A DNA stretch of 64,000 bases from an uncultured bacterium (GCA_963701025.1 OY969557.1:506042-570041); one strand, 5' to 3'; shown: positions 7,452 to 17,858, counted from the stretch's first letter. Numbers and translations are program-made. Notes: a model not told the origin generated them from the letters alone.

Positions 7452-10379
7452 TTAAGCCCGCATCCTTCTCCAGATATAGAATCCGAGGCTGGCGAGAACG
7501 ACCAGGATGACAACGTAGACGTATATAGAATAGTTGACGCCAGCCCCTCCCACGGCGGCTACTTGAGAGGCGCCTGGTGTGCCCGGATTGCCCGTGGCAT
7601 TACCGGAATTCGATCCCGCGGAACCGGTGGAGTTGTTAGATAGCGCCGGGATAAGAGGTGCCCCAACTGGCGGTTGGGTACCTCCCGGAGTCAGGACAAG
7701 GCCGTTCGCGCCATTTCCGGCGGCGGAAATGAAGTTCTGACCGGAGCCAGCAGCAGCCGCGGCCGCATTACCCGCCGCGGCGAGAGCGACGGCAAACGGA
7801 ACGGCAGAAAAACCGCCGAATGACGATCCGCTACTGCCTCCGCCCCCGCTCAATTGCGGAGCGGGCGGATTATTGACAACTACGGTTCTTGTCACCTCCA
7901 CGGCGGGATTGCCGGCGGTATCAGTCGCGTTGTAGGCGACCGCGTATGTGCCGGCAACCGATGTGTTCACTATGTCGCCGCCGACTACAGCCGTAGTAGT
8001 TCCGTCGACGGCGTCGAACGCTGTGGCGCCTTGTTCAGTGTATTTATCGCCGACGGTCAGGCCAATTGACGCATCGCCGTTCAGGGTGATGACGGGAGGA
8101 ATTGTATCGACTACGGTCACGGAGAATGTAGAAGAAGAAATATTATTGCTCGAATCGGTAGCCGTGCATTTCACCGTGGTCGCACCAATGGTAAAGGTCG
8201 AGCCGGAAATCGGCGAACAGGCGGCTGTGGAATCTCCGCTATATGCATCATGTGCGGCCGGCGAATCATATGCTACTACAGCTCCAGAGGACGAAGCTGC
8301 TTCGGCAGTCACATCTTTGTGTGCGTCGATGGCCGGAGGTATGGTATCGACCGCATGAACGACCCTCACTACGGGAATAGCCACGTTCCCATGGCTATCT
8401 GTCACATTATAGATAACCGAATAATCGCCTATGACATTGCCGTCAACGGTGCTGGTCGTGGCAATCTGGCTCGTGAGATCCCCGTCTACACTGTCCGAGG
8501 CCGTGGCACCGGCGTCTACATATGTGGAAGGCGCTTGGATAGTCACGTCTGGGCTGCCGATGAGCGTTATTACCGGGGCTGTCGTGTCTTCGACAGTCAC
8601 TTTGAATGACGTAGGCGATGCATGGTTGCCGCTCGAGTCGACGGCATTGCAATCGACGGTGGTAGTGCCGAATGGAAAGGTCGAGCCGGAAGATGGGACG
8701 CAGACCACTGGTACGGGGCCGTCAACATCGTCCGTCGCCTTAGGAGGGACGTACGAAACGGCCGCTCCGGCGAGCGAGGTCGCCTCCACAGTCATGTCTC
8801 CAGGGCTCCCGCTGATGACCGGGGGAGTATTGTCGTATATGGTCATAGTCCCGGTCGCTTCGCCGGCGTAGTTGGGATCGGTCGAGCTTGCGTCTACTGC
8901 ATAACTGCCGAAAGCAGAGGGAGCAGTCGACGAGCCGTTATAGCTTATGGCCACCGACACACCGCCAGGCGTGGTGGAAGCCGTTACGATCTTCGGCGAG
9001 CCGTCATACGCTTGGCTCAAGCCATTCAAAGAGATGGCGACTGGCGCCGGGCCGATGGAAATGGAGAAGCTTTGGGTGGTGGATGATGTGCCGTTATCAG
9101 CGGTGACGGAAAAATTGGAGACACCGGCCGCGGTCGGAGTGCCGGAAATAGCCTCCGAGCGTCCGTCCGCGGCGGTCGAAAAGGAGAGACCGGCCGGCAA
9201 GGAGCCAGAAGACGTAGTGAAGGTGAATGGTCCGTCCGCCGAAGTAAACAGGTTCACAGACACCGGCCGTGGCAAATGCCCGTTCGAAAAAATCCGCTGA
9301 TACAGTGTGTTGACGGTGCCAGTCACCAAGGAAGACGGTGAGAGGCTGACCGGCATCGGGGCGACCGAGACGACCACGTTAAAGGTGCCGGTGCCCACCG
9401 CACCAAGCGTGCTCGTAGCGGTGCAGATGACTGTAGTCGTACCTGCAGGAAAGATCGAACCGGAAGCCGGATTGCACGCCACGGGGAGTGTGCCGCCGAA
9501 CACATATCCTGTAATGTAGTAGTCCGAATACGAAACACTTGTTCCATAAACCCCGCCGGCGGTAGCAGTAATATCTTGCGTAGGTATACCACCTATAGAA
9601 GGTATAGCTGGCGCGAATATCACAGATATGGTGTGATCGAAATGCTGCGGAGCGGGGAAACCGAGTCCGCTGTATCCGGCTGTACTAGTACCACCTCCAT
9701 TGAGCTGGCCATCAATGTAATCGGTATAGCTGTTGGCGATATAGCCAGGATCAGGTTCGAAGGTGATCGACTCGGAATTCCCAGAAGGAACGGTGAAGGT
9801 GCCGAGGGGCGATATCGTGCCATGTGGGCCGGCCGAGGTATTAAAGGTAACTGCGCCCGCAGAGGCGGCAGGAAAGAATAAAGCGTCGGGAGCCATGTTC
9901 GATATCGTCTTGAGGCTTGGAACAGGCGGTGTGCTCGATGGACCAACTGGGACGGCATCTGACGAACCGGAGGAAGTAGCAGAGGATGTAACACTAGTGT
10001 CGACAATAGTTGTCGTTGAAGTTGTTAATGCTGTAGTAGTCGTTGGTGCTGTAGTAGCGTCCCCGGCGTTAACGACCGCTGTCGATGTCGTTGCAACATA
10101 TCCGACAGGAGCTTGATCTGAAGATTGAACTAGGGAGCCAGCACTATCAGTAGTAACAGGGGTAGGATCAACGGGAGGCGTTGACGACACATCCGCAGGA
10201 GCGGATTGCGTGTCAGTAGAGACTGTTGGAGTGCCAGAAGAATCTGGAGCGGAGTCATCGGCATGCGTCACGAGCATCGGTATGTTGGCATACGAGCCGA
10301 CGAGAGCGATGATGACCACCGCTGAAAGCATTCTTGCGAGGGAAATATGGATATATTTCATAAAAGTCATGAAAAACAA
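7452..10379 (-). CDS. large surface protein with HYR, DUF5011/Ig-like and MBG-like repeats and a C-terminal TM anchor
   Basis: Signal-like N-terminus and Ser/Thr linker. HYR repeats (C.P.SGS.FP.GTTTV.C.A.DS.GN) and DTTAPVITLIG...YVDAGATA.D.VDG repeats. Hydrophobic C-terminus ending WRRMRA. Confidence 0.85.
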   Translation of the reverse strand: MFFMTFMKYIHISLARMLSAVVIIALVGSYANIPMLVTHADDSAPDSSGTPTVSTDTQSAPADVSSTPPVDPTPVTTDSAGSLVQSSDQAPVGYVATTSTAVVNAGDATTAPTTTTALTTSTTTIVDTSVTSSATSSGSSDAVPVGPSSTPPVPSLKTISNMAPDALFFPAASAGAVTFNTSAGPHGTISPLGTFTVPSGNSESITFEPDPGYIANSYTDYIDGQLNGGGTSTAGYSGLGFPAPQHFDHTISVIFAPAIPSIGGIPTQDITATAGGVYGTSVSYSDYYITGYVFGGTLPVACNPASGSIFPAGTTTVICTATSTLGAVGTGTFNVVVSVAPMPVSLSPSSLVTGTVNTLYQRIFSNGHLPRPVSVNLFTSADGPFTFTTSSGSLPAGLSFSTAADGRSEAISGTPTAAGVSNFSVTADNGTSSTTQSFSISIGPAPVAISLNGLSQAYDGSPKIVTASTTPGGVSVAISYNGSSTAPSAFGSYAVDASSTDPNYAGEATGTMTIYDNTPPVISGSPGDMTVEATSLAGAAVSYVPPKATDDVDGPVPVVCVPSSGSTFPFGTTTVDCNAVDSSGNHASPTSFKVTVEDTTAPVITLIGSPDVTIQAPSTYVDAGATASDSVDGDLTSQIATTSTVDGNVIGDYSVIYNVTDSHGNVAIPVVRVVHAVDTIPPAIDAHKDVTAEAASSSGAVVAYDSPAAHDAYSGDSTAACSPISGSTFTIGATTVKCTATDSSNNISSSTFSVTVVDTIPPVITLNGDASIGLTVGDKYTEQGATAFDAVDGTTTAVVGGDIVNTSVAGTYAVAYNATDTAGNPAVEVTRTVVVNNPPAPQLSGGGGSSGSSFGGFSAVPFAVALAAAGNAAAAAAGSGQNFISAAGNGANGLVLTPGGTQPPVGAPLIPALSNNSTGSAGSNSGNATGNPGTPGASQVAAVGGAGVNYSIYVYVVILVVLASLGFYIWRRMRA

Positions 10380-10543
10380 GTCCTCGTATGACTAAAAATA
10401 TGGTTTTGCGGGGACAGGCGAACCCTATCACACCTAGTAGTGCGTGTCAAGACAGCGTGTATATATATGGGGAGAAGCTGGGGACAGGACGGGGATAGCA
10501 AAAGCCTGCGGCTGGGCTATTTATCAAAAGTCACCAAAAGCGG

Positions 10544-10969
10544 CTACGCTCGGGCTACGATCTTGGTCTTCATGGGGAGCTTGGTGCCGGCCTTGCGAAG
10601 AGCTTCAGCGGCGACAACTGGTTCCACGCCATCGATCTCGAATATGATGCGACCCGGCCTGACTTCGGCGGTGAAGCCGACAGGCTCGCCTTTGCCCTTG
10701 CCCATTTTGACTTCAGCCGGCTTCTGGGTGAAGGGATGATCGGGGAAGACGCGGATCCAGACCTTGCCGGTCTTGCCGGCATTGTGCATGGCGGCTTTGC
10801 GGGCGGATTCGATCTGGTTGGAAGTGACGCGTCCATACTTCATGGCCTTAAGCCCGTACGAACCGAAAGAGACTTCAAGTCCGCGCGTCTCGGTCTTCAC
10901 GGCCTCCTTGGCCGCGTTCTTGCGCTTGGTGAACCATTTCCTATGCTTGACTTTCTTAGGATATAGCAT
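10544..10969 (-). CDS. rplP: 50S ribosomal protein L16
   Basis: [39 protein letters not shown]. Confidence 0.97.
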   Translation of the reverse strand: MLYPKKVKHRKWFTKRKNAAKEAVKTETRGLEVSFGSYGLKAMKYGRVTSNQIESARKAAMHNAGKTGKVWIRVFPDHPFTQKPAEVKMGKGKGEPVGFTAEVRPGRIIFEIDGVEPVVAAEALRKAGTKLPMKTKIVARA

Positions 10970-11032
10970 GTTGGTTAATTGAGGATTGGAATTGTAGATT
11001 GATAATTAATTTTCAATTTCAATTTTCAATTT

Positions 11033-11707
11033 TTAATTCGTTTTTTGATCCTTTTTAAATATCTCCCCTTTATATATCCACACCTTGATGCCTATGTCGC
11101 CATACGTCATATGGGCTTTTTCGCGAGCGAAGTCGATGTCGGCGCGCAGGGTCTGGAGCGGAACCTGGCCTTTCTTGAGCTCTTCGGTGCGAGCGATCTC
11201 GGCCCCGCCCAAGCGGCCGCCGAGACGGACGCGGATGCCCTTGACTTCCTTGTGAGCCATGACTTTCTCTATGGTCTGTTTCAGGACGCGGCGGAACGGC
11301 AGACGCTTTTCCAGAGCTTCGGCGATCATCATGCCGGTGATGGCGGCATTGGACTCCGGGCTCCGCACTTCCTCGACGTCGAGCTTGAGCTCCTTGCCGG
11401 CCAAGTCTATCTTGGCTTTGCGGATAAGAGTGATGATCTTCTCGCGAAGCTTGACGATGCCGTCGCCGGCCTTGCCGATGAGCATGCCGGGGCGCGACGT
11501 CTTGACGATAACGCGAATGCCCTTCTGGGTGCGCTCGATGTCGATGCCGCCGACGTAGAAGGAGCGGAGCTCTTTCTCCAGGAATTCGCGGATGATGATG
11601 TCGGTCTTGAGCGCAGTGCGATAGCTCTGGTCCGTAGCGAACCAGCGGCTCTTCCAGTCGCGGATGATTCCAAGCCTATGGGAATATGGATGTACGGTGT
11701 GGGACAT
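11033..11707 (-). CDS. rpsC: 30S ribosomal protein S3
   Basis: RLGIIRDWKSRWFA, GRLGGAEIARTE, PLQTLRADID, GIKVWIYKGE. Confidence 0.97.
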   Translation of the reverse strand: MSHTVHPYSHRLGIIRDWKSRWFATDQSYRTALKTDIIIREFLEKELRSFYVGGIDIERTQKGIRVIVKTSRPGMLIGKAGDGIVKLREKIITLIRKAKIDLAGKELKLDVEEVRSPESNAAITGMMIAEALEKRLPFRRVLKQTIEKVMAHKEVKGIRVRLGGRLGGAEIARTEELKKGQVPLQTLRADIDFAREKAHMTYGDIGIKVWIYKGEIFKKDQKTN

Positions 11708-11751
11708 GTTAGTAAATGGAAAGTGGAAAGTGGAAAGTGGAAAGTTTCATA

Positions 11752-12132
11752 TTATTTTCTTGCGGGTTTATTACTATTCGCCACACTCAACTTTCCACCC
11801 TCGACTTTCGTAGCAAGCGTGATTGACACATGGCTGGTGCGTTTCTTGATGGGATGGGCGGAACCGCGGGAAACCGGCATATGGCGCTTGAGGACATAAC
11901 CCTGATCGACGCGGATCTCTTTTATGAAAAGGCTGGCTTTGTCGAGCTTGTGATTGTGGGAAGCGTTGGCCACGGCCGAGTCGATGAGATCGGAGAGCGG
12001 GTGCCGGGCTTTCTTCAACCCTTGAGCCAGGATGTTCTTGGCGTCACTAATGCTCTTGCCGCGGATCATGTTGGCCACGACACGGACTTTGCGGGGGGAG
12101 ATGCGATAATTCTTGAGGGATGCGGTGACCAT
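11752..12132 (-). CDS. rplV: 50S ribosomal protein L22
   Basis: RISPRKVRVVANMIRG, SAVANA, IKKRTSHVSITL. Confidence 0.97.
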   Translation of the reverse strand: MVTASLKNYRISPRKVRVVANMIRGKSISDAKNILAQGLKKARHPLSDLIDSAVANASHNHKLDKASLFIKEIRVDQGYVLKRHMPVSRGSAHPIKKRTSHVSITLATKVEGGKLSVANSNKPARK

Positions 12133-12168
12133 GTTAGTGATTGAAAATTGGAATTGAAGATTGAAAGA

Positions 12169-12519
12169 TTATTTCTTGGCGCCGGCGTCGGTGGCGGCGG
12201 CTTTGGCGGCGGACGCGGCGGCGATCTCGGCCTCCTTGGCTTTCATCTCGATCTCCTTCTGCATCTTGCCGCCGTGGCGGACGAACTTCTTTGTGGGCGA
12301 AAATTCACCGAGGCGGTGTCCAACCATGTCCTCGGTGACCAGAACGTCGTTATGGATGCGCCCATTGTGGACGCCGAAGGTGAAGCCCACCATCTCCGGG
12401 GAGATCTGCGAGCGGCGCGCCCAGGTCTTTATGATACCGGCGGATGCCGGCTTTTTTCCCGCGATCTTCTTGAGGAGCCTCTCTTCGACGAAAGGCCCTT
12501 TTTTGAGCGAACGTGCCAT
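12169..12519 (-). CDS. rpsS: 30S ribosomal protein S19 with Ala/Lys-rich C-terminal tail
   Basis: [27 protein letters not shown]. Confidence 0.97.
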   Translation of the reverse strand: MARSLKKGPFVEERLLKKIAGKKPASAGIIKTWARRSQISPEMVGFTFGVHNGRIHNDVLVTEDMVGHRLGEFSPTKKFVRHGGKMQKEIEMKAKEAEIAAASAAKAAATDAGAKK

Positions 12520-12584
12520 GTTCAATGAAAAATGCTCGAAGCGAGCGTGGAAGCCATAGTATCAGAGCCGGATTGGAGAGTCAA
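12520..12584 (-). promoter_or_regulatory. sigma70 promoter and hairpin/U-tract leader for rpsS-rplP
   Basis: TTGACT(12584-12579)-N17-TACTAT with extended TG, then GCTCG-ctt-CGAGC-ATTTTT. Confidence 0.8.
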
Positions 12585-12669
12585 GAGAATGGCTAAGATA
12601 AAGGATGGGTAATAAAAAGCCGGGCCCATTTCTGAACCCAGCAACTGTGCTAAACCTGATTTTCAGCGA

Positions 12670-13122
12670 TTACGGCATGCCACCAAACATGTGTTCGCTC
12701 ACCAGATGAACGCCGCGGCCAACTGCGGCTCCGCGCTCATAATGCTTGGCAATGACGGCCATAAGCCCATAAAAGTAAGCCTTCCTGCCGTCAGTATCGA
12801 GTTGGAATTTGAATGTGGAACCGCACGCCTTGATGACACCACCAATCCGGGCAAAACCGCGAAGATGCTCAATGGGAACATCCAGAAAGACCTCTGCCAA
12901 TGGGTCGCTACGACCAGAACCGACTTTTTCCTTCGGGACGCCGAACATTTCAGCGAGATCATGAGCCGTGGCTGAACCAGGGGGCTTGTCCGACTGATGG
13001 AATTCGGCAAAGATAGACTTCGCGCCAAGAGATGTGACAGAGAAACTCAATTTCCGGAACGCGTCCATCACCGCGACCGTGAGCAGACCAAGGTTAGGGC
13101 CACTGTATACGACAGTCTTCAC
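12670..13122 (-). CDS. hypothetical protein
   Basis: 150-aa ORF with GTG start, followed by a terminator-like hairpin at about 12614-12641. No motif recognised. Confidence 0.5.
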   Translation of the reverse strand: MKTVVYSGPNLGLLTVAVMDAFRKLSFSVTSLGAKSIFAEFHQSDKPPGSATAHDLAEMFGVPKEKVGSGRSDPLAEVFLDVPIEHLRGFARIGGVIKACGSTFKFQLDTDGRKAYFYGLMAVIAKHYERGAAVGRGVHLVSEHMFGGMP

Positions 13123-13181
13123 ATCCGATGGCCGCGTGGGATGTTATCCGAACGGATTTAAGCCGTTATTATAACTAATCC

Positions 13182-13736
13182 TTATTTAGCTACTGACCAT
13201 TTTTTTACCGTATTACCAAGCCATTTGAGTTGGCTGATGCGAAGTCGATTCAGTATTGGTAATAGATAAGATATCAAACCAGAGAAATCTTCAGACGGAC
13301 CACAAACCTCTTGTTCAATAATAAATGCAACATCTGCATCGAGCGGATCTATTTTTATACCGTAAAGTTTTTCCATTGATGAGTGCTGGTTGTCAATTTC
13401 TTGCGTCTTTTTTTCATGAAATGCGAACGCTAGTACAAAAAACTTCTTGGCTTCATCTGGCAAAGAATGCATAAGCTTTTCCTGAATTTTTTCTCCAAAA
13501 ATAGATAAATAACCGCCTTCAGGAGCGAGACACAAATAGAAAAGGTGCGCTCCAATTAGGCAGTTTATAAACTTCGATTTTATCTCATCATTACTCAAAA
13601 TACCGGTCCAGTCTGGTAAATCTTCCTTTTTCAATTCGGCCACCAATTTCGTAGAATTAATAGCCGACCACGACGGAAATTCGTTAAGAATAATTTCGGA
13701 GTCCTTATCTGTTTTTGATTTGGAAAACCATCCCAT
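13182..13736 (-). CDS. hypothetical protein (AT-rich)
   Basis: 184-aa ATG ORF beginning MGWFSK, with lower GC than the flanking ribosomal genes. Confidence 0.65.
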   Translation of the reverse strand: MGWFSKSKTDKDSEIILNEFPSWSAINSTKLVAELKKEDLPDWTGILSNDEIKSKFINCLIGAHLFYLCLAPEGGYLSIFGEKIQEKLMHSLPDEAKKFFVLAFAFHEKKTQEIDNQHSSMEKLYGIKIDPLDADVAFIIEQEVCGPSEDFSGLISYLLPILNRLRISQLKWLGNTVKKWSVAK

Positions 13737-13753
13737 AATGAATAGATTCTAGC

Positions 13754-13996
13754 TCATAATTGGCTGTATTCGCCGACCGCGCCTACAGCTCTTTCGGAAA
13801 GTGATGCGCAAGCCGCTTGGTAGATAATAGACAGTATATCAGAACAGATCATCTCCAGATAATCCTTATTGAAAGTCGAGGGTGTGATCGAGCTTCCAAT
13901 ATTCTTGCCTTGGTCCCACAACTCAAATCGTGACTGGCCGTCTTGTACTGGTTCCTCGTACATTCTCAACATTTCTTTTATCTCTGAAGACTTCAT
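13754..13996 (-). CDS. small hypothetical protein or gene fragment
   Basis: 80-aa ORF with a protein-like N-terminal part. The C-terminus looks unrelated, suggesting truncation. Confidence 0.4.
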   Translation of the reverse strand: MKSSEIKEMLRMYEEPVQDGQSRFELWDQGKNIGSSITPSTFNKDYLEMICSDILSIIYQAACASLSERAVGAVGEYSQL

Positions 13997-14089
13997 CAGA
14001 AAAATCTATCATACTGATATAAAAAAGTCACCAGCTCCTTTAAGCTCAATATCCCCCATGCTATAATTCCCCCACCAGTCTCTTTCTCC

Positions 14090-14908
14090 ATGACATCAGC
14101 ATATCTCATCAGCGTCTTTAGTCTCATGCAAAACAGCCCATATTCGATAGTGGCTACAGCCCTCGTCACAGCTCTCATCGCCGCCCTCATCATCCACATC
14201 CTCTGGCGGAAGCTCCGGGAGGACGAGAGATCGAAATACGAATTCATCACCATCATGGCCCACAAGTTCCGCACGCCGCTCACCCATATCAAATGGGTCT
14301 CCGAGGAGTTATCCGGCAACACCCAGGAAACGTCGACGCGCGAAGGCCTGAAAGAGATCCAGAAAGCCGACAAGAACCTGGTCGGCCTCACAACGACATT
14401 GATCGAGCTAACGGATTCTGATACGGACCACGCCTTGTATTCATTCGAAGCCACCGATCTGTGCGATTTCGTCAAGACGATCGGCGAGACGGCGAGGCGG
14501 ACCTTCCAGGAGAAGAACATCTTCTTCTCGGTCGCCTGCGACAGCGGCCCGGTATTCGCCAAGATAGACAGACCGCGCATGGAATTCGCCGTTCAAGTGC
14601 TCATGGACAATGCCTTCGCCTACACGCCGACGGGCAAGAAGGTGGAGATTTCGGTCGGCGGCTCCGGACACAATGCAGTCATATCGGTCAAGGACGGGGG
14701 CATCGGCATTCGGGAATCTGACGTGAAAAAGATATTCGGCAAATTCTTCCGGGCGGACAATGCCAGAGCCGCGGATACCGAGGGATTCGGCATCGGGCTC
14801 TATCTCGCCCGGTCAGTGGTCAAAAAACACAAAGGAAAGATCACGGCCTTCTCGGAGGGAGAAGGCCGCGGTTCGGTATTCAATATAATACTGCCCCGGT
14901 CGCGATAG
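14090..14908 (+). CDS. orphan sensor histidine kinase (HisKA + HATPase)
   Basis: TM helix, H-box AHKFRTPL, N-box LMDNAFAY, DGGIGI, FGKFFRA and GFGIGL. Confidence 0.92.
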   Translation: MTSAYLISVFSLMQNSPYSIVATALVTALIAALIIHILWRKLREDERSKYEFITIMAHKFRTPLTHIKWVSEELSGNTQETSTREGLKEIQKADKNLVGLTTTLIELTDSDTDHALYSFEATDLCDFVKTIGETARRTFQEKNIFFSVACDSGPVFAKIDRPRMEFAVQVLMDNAFAYTPTGKKVEISVGGSGHNAVISVKDGGIGIRESDVKKIFGKFFRADNARAADTEGFGIGLYLARSVVKKHKGKITAFSEGEGRGSVFNIILPRSR

Positions 14909-14934
14909 ACGATAGGCGTGAGGTGCGCCGACAA

Positions 14935-15786
14935 CTAGAGCTTGGTCTTCTTCTTGCCGACTTGACGTCTGGAAACAATGAAGACGTTGGAATACTTCTT
15001 GGGCGTGCGGGTCTTCTGGCCCTTGCCGGCGGGCTTGCCCCAGCGGGTCTTGAGGCGGCGCAGACCGCGGCCGGTCCTCTGCTCGCCGCCGCCGTACGGG
15101 TGGTCGACGGGGTTCTGGGCCGAGCCGCGGACAGTCGGGCGTATGCCCATCCAACGGGTGCGTCCCGCTTTGCCGATATTGACCAGGCGATTCTCTTCGT
15201 TGGAGACGGCGCCTATGGTGGCCCAAGCGTCTTCATGGACCTTGCGGACTTCTGAAGACGGCATCTTGATGTGGGTGTAGCTCGCGTCATTGGCGACCAC
15301 CTGGCCGAACGATCCGGCCGAGCGGACAAGCTTGGCTCCGGAACCAGGTTTGATCTCGATGTTGAAGACGAAGGTGCCTACCGGGATCTTTTTGAGCGGC
15401 AAACGGTTGCCGGTCTCGATGGGAGCTGATTCGGACACCATGAATGAATTGCCTACTTTCATCGTTTTTGGCAGGAGGACATAGCGCTTTTCGCCGTCTT
15501 TGTAAGCGACGAGGCCGATATAGCCGGTGCGGAAAGGATCGTACTCGACGGTCTTGACCGTGGCGCGTATGCCTTTCTTGTCATAATTGAAATCGATCTT
15601 GCGATAAAGCTTGGCATGACCTCCGCCCTTGTGGCGGACGGTGATGCGGCCGAAGGAATTGCGTCCCATGTCGCGCTTCCAGCCATGGGTCAGAGGCTTG
15701 TACGGTTCCGACGCGGTCAAGTACTGCTTGAACGGCAGTACCGTCATATGGCGGCGAGATTTAGTTGTGGGGCGGAAGCTTTTCAT
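14935..15786 (-). CDS. rplB: 50S ribosomal protein L2
   Basis: GRNSFGRITVRHKGGGH, EYDPFR, RPTVRG..NPVDHPYGGGE. Confidence 0.98.
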   Translation of the reverse strand: MKSFRPTTKSRRHMTVLPFKQYLTASEPYKPLTHGWKRDMGRNSFGRITVRHKGGGHAKLYRKIDFNYDKKGIRATVKTVEYDPFRTGYIGLVAYKDGEKRYVLLPKTMKVGNSFMVSESAPIETGNRLPLKKIPVGTFVFNIEIKPGSGAKLVRSAGSFGQVVANDASYTHIKMPSSEVRKVHEDAWATIGAVSNEENRLVNIGKAGRTRWMGIRPTVRGSAQNPVDHPYGGGEQRTGRGLRRLKTRWGKPAGKGQKTRTPKKYSNVFIVSRRQVGKKKTKL

Positions 15787-15834
15787 GTGATTATTGCTCT
15801 ATTTGTAGCATTAGGATAAATTCGTTGATTCGGA

Positions 15835-16344
15835 TTATACAAAATCGATCTTCTCGCCTTTCTTGACGGTCACGACCGCCTTGCGGAAACCGGCCACCCG
15901 GCCTTTCCGTCCGCGGAGGAAGACCATCTTGGCAGGAGCGTTCAGAACCGCGATCTTGACCGGAGTAACCTTGTACAAGGCTTTCACCGCCTTGCCTATA
16001 GACTGTTTGTTAGCTTCTCTCGTCACCTCGAAGGTATAGACCCCGCTCTGGCTTAAAAGGCCGGACTTTTCGGTGATGCGTGGACGGATGATAGCATCAG
16101 TCGCGCTCGAGAAAGAACCCGATGGCATAGCCATTGAAGCCTTGGCCGCGGCGGCGTCTTTGGTCACGACCGCGCGGGAGATCTTTTCCGGCTTTTCAGA
16201 TCCGAACTTCCTCGTATTCCTTGTGCCGGCGGCATTCGCCGAGGAGCGCGCCCGATCGGGAGCGGCGTTCTTGGCCAGCTCCGCGGTAGCTTGGATGTGG
16301 CTCTGCTCGTGCTTCTTGTCTTTTCTGAATCCGAAGAGTGGCAT
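15835..16344 (-). CDS. rplW: 50S ribosomal protein L23 with an N-terminal extension of about 80 aa
   Basis: C-terminal half IIRPRITEKS...YTFEV..ANKQ...RKAVVTV and synteny. Confidence 0.93.
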   Translation of the reverse strand: MPLFGFRKDKKHEQSHIQATAELAKNAAPDRARSSANAAGTRNTRKFGSEKPEKISRAVVTKDAAAAKASMAMPSGSFSSATDAIIRPRITEKSGLLSQSGVYTFEVTREANKQSIGKAVKALYKVTPVKIAVLNAPAKMVFLRGRKGRVAGFRKAVVTVKKGEKIDFV

Positions 16345-16391
16345 GGTAGTGAATGAAAATTTCTAATTGACCTAATTATCTAATTTCTAAA

Positions 16392-17063
16392 TTATGCTTC
16401 TTTGGCCATCTTGACGGTAAGGGCTTTCAACGACTCTTCCGGATTGGCCACGATGAGATACGTATGGTTCAGAACCGAAACGGGATTGATGTTGCGGAAT
16501 TCCTCCACCGAGACGTTGCCGAAATTGCGGAAGCTCTTCTCGACGGCGGATGACTTGGCGTCCATGGCTATGATGGCGGCATTGGTCGTCTTTGTGGCGA
16601 GCCTCTCATAGCCTTTTATCTTGGAAAGAGACGAGAGCATGGCCTTGGCGTCTTTGGCCTTGGGCGCGGACATATTGACCGCGTCGAGGAAAAGGATCTC
16701 GCCATCCTTCCATTTGCGGGAGAGGATGGTATAGAAAGCCTTGGTCTTGGCCTTCTTGTTGATCTTGCGCGAATAATTCTGGTCATTGCGCGGACCGTGA
16801 GCGACGCCGCCGCCGACCCAGAGTGGCGAACGGGTCGAACCGTGGCGGGCGCGGCCAGTGCCTTTTTGTTTCCACGGCTTCTTGCCGCCGCCGCGGACTT
16901 CGCCGCGGGTCTTGGTATGGGCGATGTTCATGCGCGAATTGGAATTCATCAGACGGACCACCTCGTGGACCAGGTCGGCGTTCCAGGGCAGGCCGAAGAC
17001 GCCTTCCGGGAGCTTGATTTTACCCGTCGATTTCCCTGTCTGATTATAGACTGTTGCTTCCAT
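16392..17063 (-). CDS. rplD: 50S ribosomal protein L4
   Basis: TKTRGEVRGGGKKPWKQKGTGRARHGS.RSPLWVGGG. Confidence 0.98.
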   Translation of the reverse strand: MEATVYNQTGKSTGKIKLPEGVFGLPWNADLVHEVVRLMNSNSRMNIAHTKTRGEVRGGGKKPWKQKGTGRARHGSTRSPLWVGGGVAHGPRNDQNYSRKINKKAKTKAFYTILSRKWKDGEILFLDAVNMSAPKAKDAKAMLSSLSKIKGYERLATKTTNAAIIAMDAKSSAVEKSFRNFGNVSVEEFRNINPVSVLNHTYLIVANPEESLKALTVKMAKEA

Positions 17064-17125
17064 GAAAGAAAAAAGCTCTTGCGAGTCGTGCCGAGCATAG
17101 TAGCAGAGCCGTGAAGGAGAGTCAA
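17064..17125 (-). promoter_or_regulatory. sigma70 promoter and hairpin/U-tract leader for rplDWB
   Basis: TTGACT(17125-17120)-N17-TACTAT with extended TG, then ACTC-gcaa-GAGC-TTTTTTCTTTC-ATG. Confidence 0.8.
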
Positions 17126-17150
17126 CAGCTAGGTGAAAGGCGCTGGCAGA

Positions 17151-17216
17151 AATCTTGAGCGTTTCTTTATCAAATCTTAGGCGTTTTTTGATTACTTTTT
17201 GAGCGTTTCTTTATCT
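17151..17216 (+). promoter_or_regulatory. 6 x 11-bp tandem operator-like array, copy 1
   Basis: AATCTTGAGCG TTTCTTTATCA AATCTTAGGCG TTTTTTGATTA CTTTTTGAGCG TTTCTTTATCT, 8 nt before the -10-like TATGGT (17225). Confidence 0.75.
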
Positions 17217-17236
17217 CGATTTGATATGGTTAGAGG

Positions 17237-17545
17237 ATGAAAGTCATGCCGACAGAAGAAGTAGATGCCTTCATAGAGACCTGTGAGAAAAGGGTCCGTG
17301 CCAAAATCAGCAGACGTTTTCTAATGCTTGAAAAGTTTGGTCCTATGATCCGTATGCCTTATAGCAGATATATTCTCCCTGGAGTTTTTGAGCTTCGTAC
17401 AACAGGAAAAGACAACGTGCGGCTAGTTTATGCATTTATAAACGATAAGGCGGTCGTGTTCTATGCGTTTATAAAAAAGACCGAGGAGATAAGCGCCCAC
17501 GAGATAGGCTTAATAAAACAAAAGCTTAAGAACTTGCATTTATGA
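17237..17545 (+). CDS. RelE/ParE-superfamily (HigB/Gp49-like) toxin
   Basis: GP..RMPYSR....VFELR....VRLVY...AFIKKTEEI. Overlaps the downstream HTH gene. Confidence 0.88.
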   Translation: MKVMPTEEVDAFIETCEKRVRAKISRRFLMLEKFGPMIRMPYSRYILPGVFELRTTGKDNVRLVYAFINDKAVVFYAFIKKTEEISAHEIGLIKQKLKNLHL

Positions 17546-17847
17546 CTTATACGGCATATACTACCTTTATGAAAACAGTAAATTGGAGAGAGAGGCATGA
17601 GAAAGACATGGAAGACCCTGAATACAGAAGGGAGTGGGATGCTCTTGGGCTCGAATTCGATATTATCCACGCCATCATCCGCAAACGCATCAAGGACGAC
17701 ATGACCCAAGCCCAGTTGGCCAAAAAGATGCGCACCGGCCAGGCGACTATTTCGCGTTTGGAGTCTGGAACCTACAATCCTTCAGTGAAATTCCTTCGCA
17801 GACTGGCCAAGGCGTTAGACGCGGAGCTCACGATCAGGTTGGTGTGA
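17542..17847 (+). CDS. XRE-family HTH antitoxin (HigA-like)
   Basis: MTQAQLAKKMRTGQATISRLESGTYNPSVKFLRRLAKAL. Confidence 0.9.
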   Translation: MTYTAYTTFMKTVNWRERHEKDMEDPEYRREWDALGLEFDIIHAIIRKRIKDDMTQAQLAKKMRTGQATISRLESGTYNPSVKFLRRLAKALDAELTIRLV

Positions 17848-17858
17848 TCTAAAATTAT

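Noticed and set aside
17151-17216. 11-bp arrays or heptamer arrays as CRISPR repeats or iterons
   Set aside because: There are no unique spacers and no cas or rep genes, and the 11-bp arrays sit at a fixed distance from promoters.
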